The notes beneath the pieces were generated by a model. The model had not been told where the DNA came from. It saw only the letters and a program-made list of their open reading frames with translations, and did no database searches. The position numbers and the translations under genes were made by a program. DNA of 64,000 nucleotides from Octopus bimaculoides (lineage: Eukaryota), in NCBI RefSeq assembly GCF_001194135.2, contig NC_068997.1:45950721-46014720 (forward strand), given 5' to 3'. Below, piece by piece: positions 38,731 to 51,938 of the stretch. Numbering within the stretch: the stretch's first letter is position 1; every line of letters begins with the position of its first letter.

Positions 38731-39658
38731 CTAGATATTAAAAAAAAAAGAGAGAAAAAATTAGAAAAATTCTGAATTTATACTATCATCATCATCATTA
38801 CCATAATTATTGTTATGACTTCGGCAGTTTGAGTACCTCATCGCCAATAATGTTATGACAACGTTGGGGTGTGCACAAGGGTGTAGGAATAGTATTATCC
38901 AAATAAATATTTGGACATGGTTATCTAGGATATTCTTTTCACAGAATTAATATGTTCACATAGAATGTGCTCCATACTGCGCCAAAAATAGGTGCAATAT
39001 TAAACTAGCACAGTAATCCAATACGAACAACTAATGCTGTCACCTGCTGACTGTGAACTCCAATAGTTCTTTATTTTATTGAAATGCCTCAGTCCACTTT
39101 TAGTGACGTGGGGGTGGTCAGGATCCTTTCACAGCAATCATTATCATCATCATTTAACACTCACTTTTCCATACTTGCAGATGAACAGTCAGATAGAATT
39201 TGTTGAAGCAGATTTTCTACAGCTGGATGCTCTTCCTGTTGCTGACCCCCCCCCCCCCACACTTATTTCCAAGAAGTGCAATATTTTCTCATGACCAGAC
39301 CTGTTTTTCAAGGTGTACTAAAAACAGACAACCTCCCTTCTTTGATTATGTTCATTTACAACGACCATGTGATGTCTAGACACAAACATGCACAAACATA
39401 TACACACACACATATATTTATATATTGTATTTTTTTGTGTGTGTGTGCTTGTGCATTTATGTATGTACTTATGTGTATATATATTTGTATATATGCAGGC
39501 ATGGCTGTGTGATAAGAAGTTTGCTTCTCAATCACATGGTCTACAGCATGGCACCTTGGGTAAGTGTCTTCTACTATAGAGGGAAACTGAAAGAAGCTCA
39601 TATTTGAGAAACATCATATATCTTGGTACGGAAGTAAGTTAACTTTTAACAAACATAC

Positions 39659-39813
39659 CCAATTTGGATGCCGTCTCTACACAGCTCAACTCCAGGACGG
39701 CGGGACCTTGCATCAAGGCGGGTTTGAACAACTTTTAGAGGATCTTCCTTGTCCCTGATAGCCTTCTGCAGATTTTCTATATTTTTCTCTTCATCAGCAA
39801 TTTCTTGGCATAC
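39659..39813 (-). CDS. TEKT4: Tektin-4 exon 6
   Basis: VCQEIADEEKNIENL...RSRRPGVELCRD contains the tektin nonapeptide. 155 nt, phase 0-2. Confidence 0.95.
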
Positions 39814-41131
39814 CTGGACAAAAAAAAAAAAAATCAACACCATTTTTCGGATCTATTTTAAAACGGGGGCCACAGTATTTTCTTAACGAAACACTTTGAA
39901 ACTTGGAACACTGGTAGAATGTGTCATATAAAACATCTTTTTCTCTTAGTCTTCTTAAAAAAAAAAAGAAATCCCTAAGTTATTCCATGTTAAAGCTGTC
40001 GTATTTCTGTAATTTCAACCAATCACTGACGTCCATTCAGCCAATATACATTAAGTGCCGACTACATAAACAAACGATTCTGAAACAATTCTATCGGTGA
40101 TAAAATTATTATNNNNNNNNNNAAATTTAAAAAGAAAAAAGCAAATAAAACGAAGAAAAAAATAAGAAAATGAAAAAAGCAAATTTAAAATGAAAAAAGC
40201 AAATAAAACGAAGCTATGGAGATTAAATACGCTTTACACCACTTAATCATCCAAAGGAGTAAATATAAACAACTGAATACTTGTCAGTGATTGGTTGAAA
40301 TTATCGAAATAAGACAATTTTTTACATGAAATAAATTCAAATACAAAAATATTTTTCTGTTCTATAACACAAAATAGATAAGTATACGAAGTTTGAAAGT
40401 CTTTCGGTACCAAAAACACTACGTAAAACATTAATGAAAACTGTGGCCCCTGTTTTAAAATAGATCCCATTTTTCTAGTTTAGTTTGATGGCTGTTAACA
40501 ATTTAAGAAGATTGCATGTGTAAACAATGATTACACAAACACTTGAGTTTCCAAATATTTTATTAACCTGCATCATTATAATACAGTTCTATATTTAAGA
40601 GATGAAGAATTATGTACATTATTTACATTTGACGGATATTTGTCCTCCTCCTCATCATCATCGTTTAACGTCCGCTTTCCATGCTGGCATGGGTTGGACG
40701 GTTTGATTGGGGACTGGTGAGCCAGATGGCTGCACCAGGCTCCAATCTGATCTGGCAGAGTTTCTACAGCTGGATGCTCTTCCTAATGCCAACCACTCCG
40801 AGAGTGTAGTAGGTGCTTTTTTATGTGCCACTGGCATGAGGGCCAGTCAGAAGGTACTGGCAATGGCCATGCTCATGGGGAAGGTTTTCACTTTTTTTAG
40901 AGTCCCTGGTTAACAAAATAAAATGAAAATATATTCCTTTGCTATCAAATATATCCTGGTAAATCCAACTTCTGGAGTTTTATTGCAGACGTCTGCTCAT
41001 GCTAAAAATAGTAACAAACCAAAAAGCAAAAATATAAAACCTTATAGAAGATAAAATAATTCAGGTGTTATACCTTTGGAAATAAGAGCCACTTAATGGA
41101 CTTTCCACAGAGAGGTAAAATGAATAAATAC

Positions 41132-41354
41132 CTTCTTCAAATGGCTTTCATGTCTAAATTTGGCATCATCAAGTTCTTGCAGACGTTTCTGGAAAGCAGA
41201 CTGTACGATATTATTCTGCTCAAACAGGTCTCTGGAGGTATCCTCCAAGATGTTCTTTGCACATTCTCTCAACTGAATAGATGACTTTCGCTCATTTTCA
41301 GCCAGAATTATGTTGTCATGGGTGAACTGTGCCCAAGATTCAGGAGTTGATTGT
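41132..41354 (-). CDS. TEKT4: Tektin-4 exon 5
   Basis: QSTPESWAQFTHDNIILAENERKSSIQLRE...HESHLKK. 223 nt, phase 2-0. Confidence 0.92.
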
Positions 41355-41434
41355 CTTCAATGAAATAAAAATGTATGTATTGATATGTATACATACATAT
41401 ATACAAAATTACGTAGTATATATATATATATATA

Positions 41435-41646
41435 TTGGATCATCCCATAAATAATGCAGTTTTGTCAATGCATGAACTAAAAGTTGGAGGGGGACAGAAT
41501 AATCTACTTGTATCAATGTGCTACAAAGGCAAGTAGTAATTTCACCTTGTGCTTATTCTTAGTGCAAATTTTGAAAAGTGCAGTCCGATTTTAACAGTTA
41601 TTTTTTCAAAGCTATAATGGAAGTGACAAAGGAGCATATTCAGCAT
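41435..41646 (+). mobile_element. Mariner 5' end
   Basis: TA then the TIR-like ttggatcatcccataaataatgc. Transposase start MEVTKEHIQH at 41617. Confidence 0.6.
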
Positions 41647-42177
41647 AAACCTAACTTGAGACAGAATGATATGATTTGAAAAAGAATTATCTAATATGTC
41701 TTGCTAACACAGAGAGGCCTTGAATTGTTTGTTAATACATACATATAGACCAACAAACAGCAGGATTGTTATTTATGAGGGAGATTTGGCTGCTATTGCT
41801 AAGATTTTGAGATACTACAGAAATGTGCATTCTTTGACTGAAATAGTAACGTATGATATAAGGAAGAATTGGCTGTTATTTTTATCAAGGGCAGCAGCAA
41901 TATACTTGGCTCTTTCATTTGCTTACGTTTGTATATATGCATAAGCTAGTAAGCTAAGATGCAAAAGGGATTTGGATGCTGAAGCTATCAGGATGCAATA
42001 TCATGTAGTGGATCCAATAATATTGAGTACACTATGTGTAACTACCTTACATTTAAACTGGCATTCGATTGGTTACAACGTTGAGGGTTCTAGCTGAATC
42101 AATCAACAGAGCAACCTGCTTGTGAAATTAACATGAAAGTGGCTGGGCACTCCACAGACACGTGCTCCCTTAGTGTA

Positions 42178-42304
42178 CAGGGTGTCCACAAAGTCTGGCT
42201 ACATGGAGTAAATAAAATCATAACATAAACAATTAACTATAAGAAATAATAATTTCATAATGTATGTGTTAATCCCCATGTACCCAGACTTTGTGGACAC
42301 CCTG
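42178..42304. mobile_element. 127-bp Tc1/mariner-type MITE nested in a SINE
   Basis: TIR cagggtgtccacaaagtctgg(c/g)tacatgg at both ends, TA duplicated at 42176-42177 and 42305-42306. Confidence 0.85.
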
Positions 42305-42535
42305 TAGTTCTCAGGGAGATTTAGCATGACACAGAATATGACAAGGCTGGTACTTAGAATTACAGGTACTACTCACTTTTGCCAGCTGAGTGGACTGGAG
42401 CAACTTGAAATAAAGTGTCTTGCCCAAGGACACAATGCACCTAAACAAGTCACACCCCTTCACAACTACCTTATTATATATATATATATATATCAGATAA
42501 TCAATATTTACATCAACGTGAAAGCAAATACTTAC

Positions 42536-42679
42536 ATTTCCTGGAAATTAGCTGCACCAGGAAAGAACTGCTTGTTGGTGTGGTGGTTCCTCAGTATTGC
42601 ACATCGACTGTCAATCTGTAGCGCCTCCTTTTTATCACTCCAATCCATCTCCATCTTTTGCTTTGTAAGACGGTTATTC
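42536..42679 (-). CDS. TEKT4: Tektin-4 exon 4
   Basis: NNRLTKQKMEMDWSDKKEALQIDSRC...NFQE. 144 nt, phase 2-2, GTAAGT donor. Confidence 0.92.
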
Positions 42680-43421
42680 CTGGTAATGATGTCATCAATG
42701 ATGTCATTAATTAAAAAACATTTACAGAGGACATGTGAAACTGTGAAGTATATTTATATATAAAAGATATATAAATATATATATAAGCATGTATGTATGT
42801 ATATGTACATATACATATAGATATATATATAATACACATACACATCTGTGTGTGTGTGTGTGTGTGTGTGCATGCATGCGTACACATACACACATATAAA
42901 AGAGATATGAAATTTTAAATTTTACAATTTTAAATTTTTTAAATTCAAAAATTAAAAAAAAATAAATGAAAAATTAAAATTAAGAATAGAAATATAACTT
43001 TTTGAAAAATATATATATATATAAAGAATAAAAAGTTTTGAATGGTACAACAATGCACTATAATACAAAAAATGGACTATATACCTGTTGTAATTTAGTT
43101 ATCTATATTATATCTTTAAAAAAAAGACAAGCTAACAGGATACATGCATGTATATTGAAACACAGATGCACACATTTCTACACACACATATCACAGCACT
43201 CACACAAACATACAGAGGCACACACACACATTTAAGTGCACACATACAATTTCATATAGGTGCAAACACAGATATAAATGCAATACATATGCTTACAAAC
43301 ACATGCAGATACAGACTCACACACACTTATAAGAGGACATCCAAATGCATACAAATGCACACTCTCACACATACACACACTCTTTCACACATTCATGCAT
43401 TGTATGTAAATAGGTACTTAC

Positions 43422-43492
43422 TCGAGTTGTTCCTCAGTTTTTGCAATTGTCTTCTTCAGAAGTTCCTGTACATTGTTAATTAACTTGACTTC
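43422..43492 (-). CDS. TEKT4: Tektin-4 exon 3
   Basis: EVKLINNVQELLKKTIAKTEEQL. 71 nt, phase 0-2, GTAAGT donor. Confidence 0.9.
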
Positions 43493-45527
43493 CTGCAACC
43501 ATTGAAGACAAAACTTTTAATAAGTCACACAAAATAACTTACTTTGAAATACCCACCAAGCCACACATCATCCCCTAATCCAAGGATCATCTTTCGAATT
43601 CAGAAATGGTTAACCCTTTAGCATTCAGATTAATTTGTCAAATATAATGCTTATTTATCCATATTTTTAAAAATAAGTCATGCCTTATCAATTATGGGAT
43701 TTACTCTCTTTTACTTGTTTCAGGCCATGCTTGAGCACCACCGTTAGTTGAGCAAATTGACCCGACGACTTATTCTTTGTAAGCCTAGTATTTATTCTAT
43801 CAGTCTCTTTTGCCGAACCACTAAGTTACGAGGACATAAACACACCAGCATCGGTTGTCAAGTGATGCTGGGGGGGGGGGACACACAAACATATACACAC
43901 ACATACATATATATATATATACATACATATATACGATGGGCTTCAACCAGCCAACCATCCATACATACATACATACACACACTCGCACACATATATGCAT
44001 AAACACACACACACACAAAGGTGTGTGCAGGCGTGACTGTGTAAGATGTTTCCTTTCCGACAACATGGTTTCAGGTTCAGTTCCACGTGTGGCACATTGG
44101 GTGTCTTTTACTATAGCCCCAAGCCAATCAAAGCCTTGAGAGTGAACTGGGTAGATGGACACTGAAAAGAAGCCTGCTATATGTACGTGTGTGTTTATCC
44201 CTACCACTGCTTGACAACCAGAGTTGGTTTCCTTACATCCCGTAACCAAGCAGTTCAGCAAAAAAAAAAACAAAAAAAAAAACGATAGAATAAGTACCAG
44301 GTTCGATTTGTTCAACTAAACCTTACGAGTTGTTGCCCGAGATGGCCGCAGTCAAATTACTGAAACATATAAAAGATATAAGGCTGATACTTTCATTTTA
44401 TTGACCGCAGAAGCAATAAAGTTGATATTTTAATTTAAACTGTAAAGCTCAGTAACTAAGTGCCGCAAATCATTTTGTCCGATGCTCTGACGATTCTGCA
44501 ACCCACTGTCCTAGCGAGAAGCAAATTGTAAGTTATCGTTCCCTCGTATCATAAGGTTGTTATGTAATAAATAATCATATCAGGGGAAGTAACTCTTGTA
44601 ACTCCAGAGGTGGAACTCTTGTTACGTCGCTTTAGCTGGGCAAAACGGGATAGAAACAATACACACACACATATATGCACTCGCACACCTGGACATTATA
44701 CCCTAGAAGGACGAAAAGCAAAATCAACCTCAATGATGGTATTTGTACTTTGAACACAACTAAATACCATAAGGCATTTTGTCTGGCATAATAGAGTTAT
44801 CACCCCTGCTTGTTGTAAAAAAAAAAAAATTAAAATTAAAACTCTTCAGGGACAATGTTTGTCTAGTAACAGCACGAACGATCTCAGTTAATTTCAAATG
44901 AGAACGGATTTGTACAAATCTGGTTATAAGTCAAGGCCAGCTGTGAATGTAACTTCACTCCATTTCGAACTTTTCATCAAGTATTTTTACAATCAGTGAG
45001 TGGTATATACGTTTATGTATTGGTTGAAATTGTCTGTTGAAAGACTGTTATATTTGGGGATGATCACATTTTGTCAATTAAACGCGCGCACCATAGTTGT
45101 GGTTCTCACTTCAGCTTTATTATTATTATTGTAGTTTTTGGCACTAAATCAAGTGACAAGACAAGTTATGAAAATACATAAATCGAAGCATTATTTTTCA
45201 TAAGTCATTTTCTCTTTGATTCCCCAAGCCTCTGTACATATAGTAAACCATATGCGGTGTGTGTGTGTTTCTTTAAAGAAATATTTCAAGTGGTTTTAAT
45301 TTCGTTATGGATTAAATAATAATAGTTAATTCATTTTCATTATAATTAAGGTAAAAGCACGACTTAACTGCATTACTTTAATATATATATGCTACACATA
45401 ACACTGTAACCTCCATTGTGATATAAAAGTATTTGAGTGACTGTAACTTAATACACCAATGCACATTCTACCAAAAAAAAAAAATAATAATAACCAAGTA
45501 AGCAAATAACAAAATCGTCTAAGTTAC

Positions 45528-45849
45528 CTGAAGCAAAGCTTTTTCAACAATGTCCTCAACAAGATCGATTCCTTGTCGACGCAGCCTGCAGTTCAGGTTA
45601 TCTGTTGCAATGTGCAGCGGTATCTCAGTAGAACGCAGCGCATTCTCCAGTTGTCTCTTCATTGCCACTTGCAGATCTATCTCATCTTGCATGTCTTGGA
45701 TTGCTCGTTCAAGTTCAAACTTCCAGAAACTGATGTCTTGTATTCTCTCTCCTAGCTTCTTGGTCAGGTCATCCTGGGTTTTCTTGGTGATGGCTTCTGT
45801 GGTATTCATCGTATTCGAGGAGTCGTTGCGTATCACTTCAGAGTTATGT
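45528..45849 (-). CDS. TEKT4: Tektin-4 exon 2
   Basis: HNSEVIRNDS...KLGERIQDISFWKFELER...RRQGIDLVEDIVEKALLQ is a tektin coiled coil. 322 nt, phase 2-0. Confidence 0.95.
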
Positions 45850-48005
45850 CTGATTTAAGGAATGATAAAAAAAAAATTTTTAAACTAGGAAAGAAATCGA
45901 TAGCTATTGCATATTCTTCAGCGAGTACTTAGTCTTGGAGAAGTAATTTTAGTAGGTTTCTTTAACAAAAAAAAAAAAAAAAAAAAAAAATCATAGAATG
46001 TGATAACTCTGATACCAAAATGTATTCGCATACATATTACAAAGGCATGACCATGTCATTAAGATGGCTGCTCTGAATTCACGTGGTTTGGGATTTGCTC
46101 CTATTGGGCAGCACTTAGAGTAGGGTCTTCTATCTTAGACTATGGTTGTTCATTGCCATATAAGTGAAACTTTGGAGAAGTATGGAATTGAAGTGTAGCC
46201 AGGTTCTAAAGTTAGTGGGAGCGGGCGAGCATATAAAAAAGGTGCCATAACACATCAAACAATTTTAAAATCATTTCTCAATTGTTGAAAAGACACCATT
46301 TAAAAAAAATATGCTCGAGAGTAACGGTGGTTTATCTTGCTCCCCTATTAGCTACGCCGGTCGTGTGGAAGCCCGAATGAGGGACTATTTCTATTCTTGG
46401 ATGGTAGACTTAATCTGCCATGCAGTTTAACACCGCCACCTGGGCTGCTGCACCAGCAGAGTTTACTTTATTGTCCTTTTCTGGGAAAGTCATTGGAAAA
46501 GTAAATAAATGACTGAAACACGTGCAACGGATATATGCACCAAATAAATGACAGGGAAAAAAAATAACAGTTGAAATAATCTTTATTTTAGCATTACAAT
46601 ATAATAAATAACTGATGTGGTGAGCTGGCAGAACAACCATTAGCACGCCGGCCAAAATGCTTGGCGGCATTTCGTCTGTCTTCACGTTCTAAGTTCAGTT
46701 TCCGCCAAGGTCGATTTTGTCTTTCATCTTTTTAGGGTAGATAAAATAAGTACCAGCTGAACGCTGGGGGGGTCGATGAAATAGACTTAGCTCCTTCCTC
46801 GAAATTGGTTGCCTTGTGCCAAAATTTGAAACCAATATATGAATGAACTTCTTCGAGTTGTTGTTGTATAAAGATTAGTTGAAGTTCTGTTGTCCATTTT
46901 ATACGTAGTTGCGTCCATCGTTTGTTGACTGCGAGAAGACGGGTAGAAGGAGGAGAGAAAATATAAGAGAATTCACCTCTCTGGGTTCACGAAGTAGAGA
47001 GAGCGAAAGTTGTATAGTCCATCGCAGTGACATACAAGAGGTGCTTCTTTCGTCGGACGCCAAGCAAAAGAGGGACGCTCTTCGGCAAGGCACTTAATGG
47101 AAGGGAGAGAATTGAATTTGGGTTCTGTATTTATATTTTCCTACTTAACCTAGGTCAGGCTAAACAAAAAATTCTTCGTCTGTTATCTACTCTGAACTGT
47201 ATTTAACCTAAGGATATTCAGGAAACAATAAGACTTACATAAATATCACAGTTGACTCTCATAAAATTCTTAATTGCAAATCTCGAGAATAAATGGATGG
47301 GACCCAAAGAAAAATCTAGACGAGGTTTTGAATTTTGGCTAAGGAATTCAGGAAGCGATTCGCTCCACAAGTAAAACAATACAATGGATACAAACGTCCA
47401 AATTATTTTTTAAAATTCCTATCTGTTCTAGCAAAAAAAAAAAAAAAAAATTTTAGTGTAAAACACTGAGGAAAAGCAAATTAGCTTTGATAATTAATAT
47501 TTGATCATTAATACTATATCCATTTCAACGAGGTATCCTTTGTATCAATCACGGGTAAACTGCAGCCCTTGTGACTTTATGGATGGCACTCCTACCGAAA
47601 AATTACCTTGACTCTTTTTGCAATGCGGGCAGCCTGATGATGAGTCGTGTCTCATGCGGTCTGCTTCTCATAAAAGGTTGCCCATGCATGCTTTAGATGG
47701 TTATGCAACCTACTAGAAAAAGCAACCAAATTTCCCTCTGCTATTTAATTTAAAAAAAACACGTAGTGGATGATGTAGTTCTGAAAAGAAAAAGAAAAAG
47801 ACGAGATGTTCATGACTTGATCATGGGTCCCAACTGACCAGGGTTAGCATGGGAACTAAACAACTTAGAAACAATAACAAAGTAGAAAGGAAGGAGTAAA
47901 ACCATTAAAGTGAAGGCAAATCTGTAGAACATTCCTCTCGGTTTCAGTGGGAAATAATTATTTTTGCTAGTTTTTTTTTTTTTTCTATGTGCTATCAATT
48001 AATTT

Positions 48006-48270
48006 AGTGGAGGCGCGTGGTTAGGGTGTCAGCATCATGATCGTAAGATTGTGGTTTCGATTCCTGGAGCGGGTGACGCGTTGTGTTCTTGAGCAAAACA
48101 CTTCATTTCACGTTGCTCCAGTCCACTCAGCTGCCAAAAATGAGTAACGCTGCGATGGACTGGCGTCCCGTCCAGTTGGGAAACACATACGCCACTGAAA
48201 CCGGGAAATCGGGCCCATGAGCTTGGCTAGGCTTTAAAAAGGCGCATTTTTAAATTTTTTTTTTATTTAT
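48006..48270 (+). mobile_element. tRNA-derived SINE with a V-domain-like core, 13-bp TSD
   Basis: tRNA head with ggtttcgattcc, core gcgatggactggcgtcccgtccag. TSD tatcaattaattt at 47993-48005 and 48271-48283. Confidence 0.75.
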
Positions 48271-48880
48271 TATCAATTAATTTGACATCCGAACATGCTG
48301 AAAAAGATTTTTTCCCCCGCAAAACGTAGTGGCGAAGTCCTTTGCGGCATGTTTGGAGGTCAAATGAATTGATAGCACACGTAAAATCTATGGAAAAAAG
48401 GAATTATTTCCCACCAAACGCAAATGGGGTGTTAGATCTGCGAAATTCCGATGGACTTATCCACCCCCCACTTATACCCTCTTTTTCTATAAAGCTAGTC
48501 GTTTCCGATTGGTTTGGAAGTCATATTTGTTGATAACACACAAACAAATGGTCAGGGGAAACTCCAGGGACGAGGAGTCTGAGGTTTCCACCAGCCTCCT
48601 TCATTACCGGGAAGAAGTTCTTTGTGGCATGTCCGAAGGTCAGATTAGTTGATAACACATGGGAGAAAATGGGGAAAATAATTAGTTCACCAAAATCGGG
48701 AAGGGTGTTCTTCTATAAATTTACCGAAGGGAATGAAGAAATTTCAGTAAAAATATTATTCTGGATTTCATGGTGGCATTGTGTTGCATAAACTTACATT
48801 TGCTTTTGAGGAAAACTAGAGACAGTCAAAGAGGATGCGACTTGCAATCCTCTTTTCTAAATAGTTTATGGCAAAAGAGT

Positions 48881-49253
48881 GTTGGCACTCCGTCACTTAC
48901 GACGTCGAGGGTTCCAATTGATCCGATCAACGGAACAGCCTGTTCGTGAAATTAACGTGCAAGTGGCTGAGCACTCCACAGACACGTGTACCCTTAACGT
49001 AGTTCTCGGGGATATTCAGTGTGACACAGTGTGACAAGGCTGACCCTTTGAATTACAGGTATAACAGAAACAGGAAGTAAGAGTGAGAGAAAGTTGTGGT
49101 GAAAGAGTACAGCAGGGTTCGCCACCTTCCCCGGCCGGAGCCTCGTGGAGCTTTAGGTGTTTTCGCTCAATAAACACTCACAACGCCCGGTCTGGGAATC
49201 GAAACCGCGATCCTATGACCGCTTCCCTAACCACTGGGCCATTGCGCCTCCGC
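48881..49253 (-). mobile_element. SINE family 1 copy with 11-bp TSD
   Basis: TSD ggcaaaagagt at 48870-48880 and 49254-49264. Confidence 0.9.
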
Positions 49254-50351
49254 GGCAAAAGAGTATTTCATTTCAATCAAATCTTTTTTCTTTCTTTTTT
49301 TTTTTTTTCTTAGTCAGATGATAAGAAAAATACACATGAATCTTTACATGGTCTCTGAGACTGGAGAGAGAGAGAGAAGTATCTCGAAATTCGGCCCAAA
49401 TGCTTGCAACAGAAAGAACTTCGCTGAAGGTACCCAAGGACCAAGTAACAGTGTTGAAAAAGGCGATGGATTAAGTTTACCATCCAAGTAGTCCATGGCA
49501 GGATTTGAACGCAGAATGCCAAGCGCCAGACCAAATACCACAAGTACTTCAGTTTAACATTCTTGCAGTTCGGAGAATCCACTGCCCTCGATTGGCATTT
49601 CTTTTAATGGATCTTGAAAGGATGATAAGTAAAGTTGCCCTCGGTGGGATTTGAACTTGGAGCGCAGAGTAGGAACAAATACCGCAAAGCATTCGATAAG
49701 ACGCTCTAACGACTATGCCAAGTCACCGTGCCATTGTCGTAATAGTACATGTTAATTAGTCGCTGTAGTATGAGTGAATCTATTGTGACCGAGGAAAGAT
49801 TGTAATTAATCACTATAAACTGATTAAATATTTGTTAACTGTACTATGCAGTAGATTGGAAAAAATCATTAAAACCGTTGATTAGGCGCTGGCGTAGCAA
49901 AAAGCTTGCTTCCAAATCACATGGCCCCAGATTCAGTCTCACTGCGTGGCACCTTCGACAAGTGTCTTTTACTATAGCCTTGGGCTAAACAAAGCCTTGT
50001 GAGTGGGTTTGGTAGATGGGAACTGAAAGAAACTCATCATGTGTGTGTGTGTCTTTGTGTTTGTCCACTACCACCGTTTGCAACGGTGTTGGTGTGTTTA
50101 CGCCTCCGTAACGTAGCGGTTCGGCAAAATAGACCGATAGATAATAAGTACTAGGCTTGATAAAAAAGTCCTGGGTTGATTTGTTCGACTAAAAAGCCCT
50201 TCAAAACGCCGCCCCAGCATGGCCACAGTCAAATGACAGAAACAAGTTAAGGACAGAAGATATCAACGTTGGAAATAGATGAGAGAGAAAGTGGAGGGGG
50301 GGGTTAGAAGTGACAAAAGAGATGGTCGGTGTCAAAGGTTATTAAGTTTAC

Positions 50352-50623
50352 CTGTCGGTGGCAGATTGTAAATATTTGGTGTAGTTATTGTTACTCCACT
50401 CTATATCGTTATATTTGTTGCTTCGGTAACCTTGGGTCGAGATACCCATATCGTTTCCAGTGTTTGTCATCAACACTGAATCTTCAAATGTCTCTCGCTT
50501 GGTCCTACAGTCAAGATCACCGTCTGGTCTACATTCCATCGGTGGGTGGGTGATACTCGCTTCACCCACATCGCCCGTCGGTTGGCAGGTATTTAGGTTC
50601 GGGCCCACGACACATGCAGCCAT
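50352..50623 (-). CDS. TEKT4: Tektin-4 exon 1
   Basis: MAACVVG...GYRSNKYNDIEWSNNNYTKYLQSATD(R) is a TEKT4-type N-terminal motif. Phase 2 end. The seven exons sum to 1404 nt (467 aa plus stop). Confidence 0.88.
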
Positions 50624-51070
50624 TTTGAAGTTTTATCTTTGTCTGTTATGAATGTACTTATATGAATGTAAACGTAGAGAGGAGATGGGAGTTAAAAAGA
50701 GAGAAAGAAATGTATATAAAATAGAGAGAGGGGCAAAGTGAGAGAACGATGTTTTAATCAGTAGTAGCGTCCTAACAACACGCGATGGTTGCTATGGGGC
50801 CACGACCAAGCGAGATAAATATAAATAAATAACGAAGGGAGGTAACTCTACTCGAACTCTTGAAAATTTAATTGAAATAGTCTGGTATGTGACGAAGACT
50901 GGATTTTAAAACTTATCAAATTTGATAAATGCCCGCTTCTCCACCCCTAATTCGTTAATTCCCTAAATCCGATGAATCGTCAAGTATAGCTAAGTGTAGA
51001 CACGAAACCAATAGTAACTTTCTGACCAGTTGTATGCCATAACTAGGAATATACTGCACGACTAAAGGTA

Positions 51071-51938
51071 ATACAGTTCTATATTTAAGAGATGAGGAAT
51101 TATGTACATTTGTACTCATCTTATTAACACAACGTTTCGGCTCATATACCCTCCAGCCTTCATCAGGTGTTTTGGGGAAATTTCGAGCCTGGGTTCTCAT
51201 TCGTAAGGTATTTTTCACTGCCTGAAATCGAACTCGGAATCTTGGGGTTAGTAGCCCGCGCTCTCAACTACGCCATATGCCCATGGGTTTTTTTCTTCAG
51301 AGCTTTCTAGATGTCGGCTACTTACATTAATTGCTGCTTTCACAGGTGGGTGATAGACTTAAGTTTCATAAACTTCTTAATCTGGCGTGTCTTCACCATT
51401 TCAAATTCTTTCATGTACGACTTTTCTAGATCTTGTTGGATTCTCTTTTTATCATCATCTCTGGTTATAATGGATCCTCTCACGGACGAGGGCATGTCCT
51501 GTCNNNNNNNNNNNNNNNNNNNNNNNNNNNNNNNNNNNNNNNNNNNNNNNNNNNNNNNNNNNNNNNNNNNNNNNNNNNNNNNNNNNNNNNNNNNNNNNNN
51601 NNNNNNNNNNNNNNNNNNNNNNNNNNNNNNNNNNNNNNNNNNNNNNNNNNNNNNNNNNNNNNNNNNNNNNNNNNNNNNNNNNNNNNNNNNNNNNNNNNNN
51701 NNNNNNNNNNNNNNNNNNNNNNNNNNNNNNNNNNNNNNNNNNNNNNNNNNNNNNNNNNNNNNNNNNNNNNNNNNNNNNNNNNNNNNNNNNNNNNNNNNNN
51801 NNNNNNNNNNNNNNNNNNNNNNNNNNNNNNNNNNNNNNNNNNNNNNNNNNNNNNNNNNNNNNNNNNNNNNNNAGGTATTTTTCGATGTTATAATTATTAT
51901 TCAGGTCACTGCCTGGAATCGAATTCGGAATCTTGGGG
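51071..51938 (-). mobile_element. Penelope-like element: two tandem terminal-repeat copies (one partly in a gap) around an ORF remnant, with a tRNA-like head
   Basis: The segment aggtatttttc...cactgcctg(g/a)aatcgaa...ggaatcttgggg occurs at about 51206-51247 and again at 51873-51938. The CTGATGAAG...CCGAAACGT motif is typical of PLE terminal repeats. A/B-box-like head at 51216-51282. Confidence 0.6.
51126..51171 (-). ncRNA. Minimal type I hammerhead ribozyme motif in a Penelope-like repeat
   Basis: Minus strand reads AACAC-CUGAUGA-A-GGCU[12 nt]AGCC-GAA-ACGU-U-GUGUU: stem I AACAC/GUGUU, intact core, stem II, palindromic ACGU stem III, GUU cleavage triplet. Confidence 0.72.

Noticed and set aside
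46899-47097. CpG-rich stretch with short ORFs on both strands in tektin intron 1
   Set aside because: No splice sites or motif recognised. Probably an unclassified repeat.
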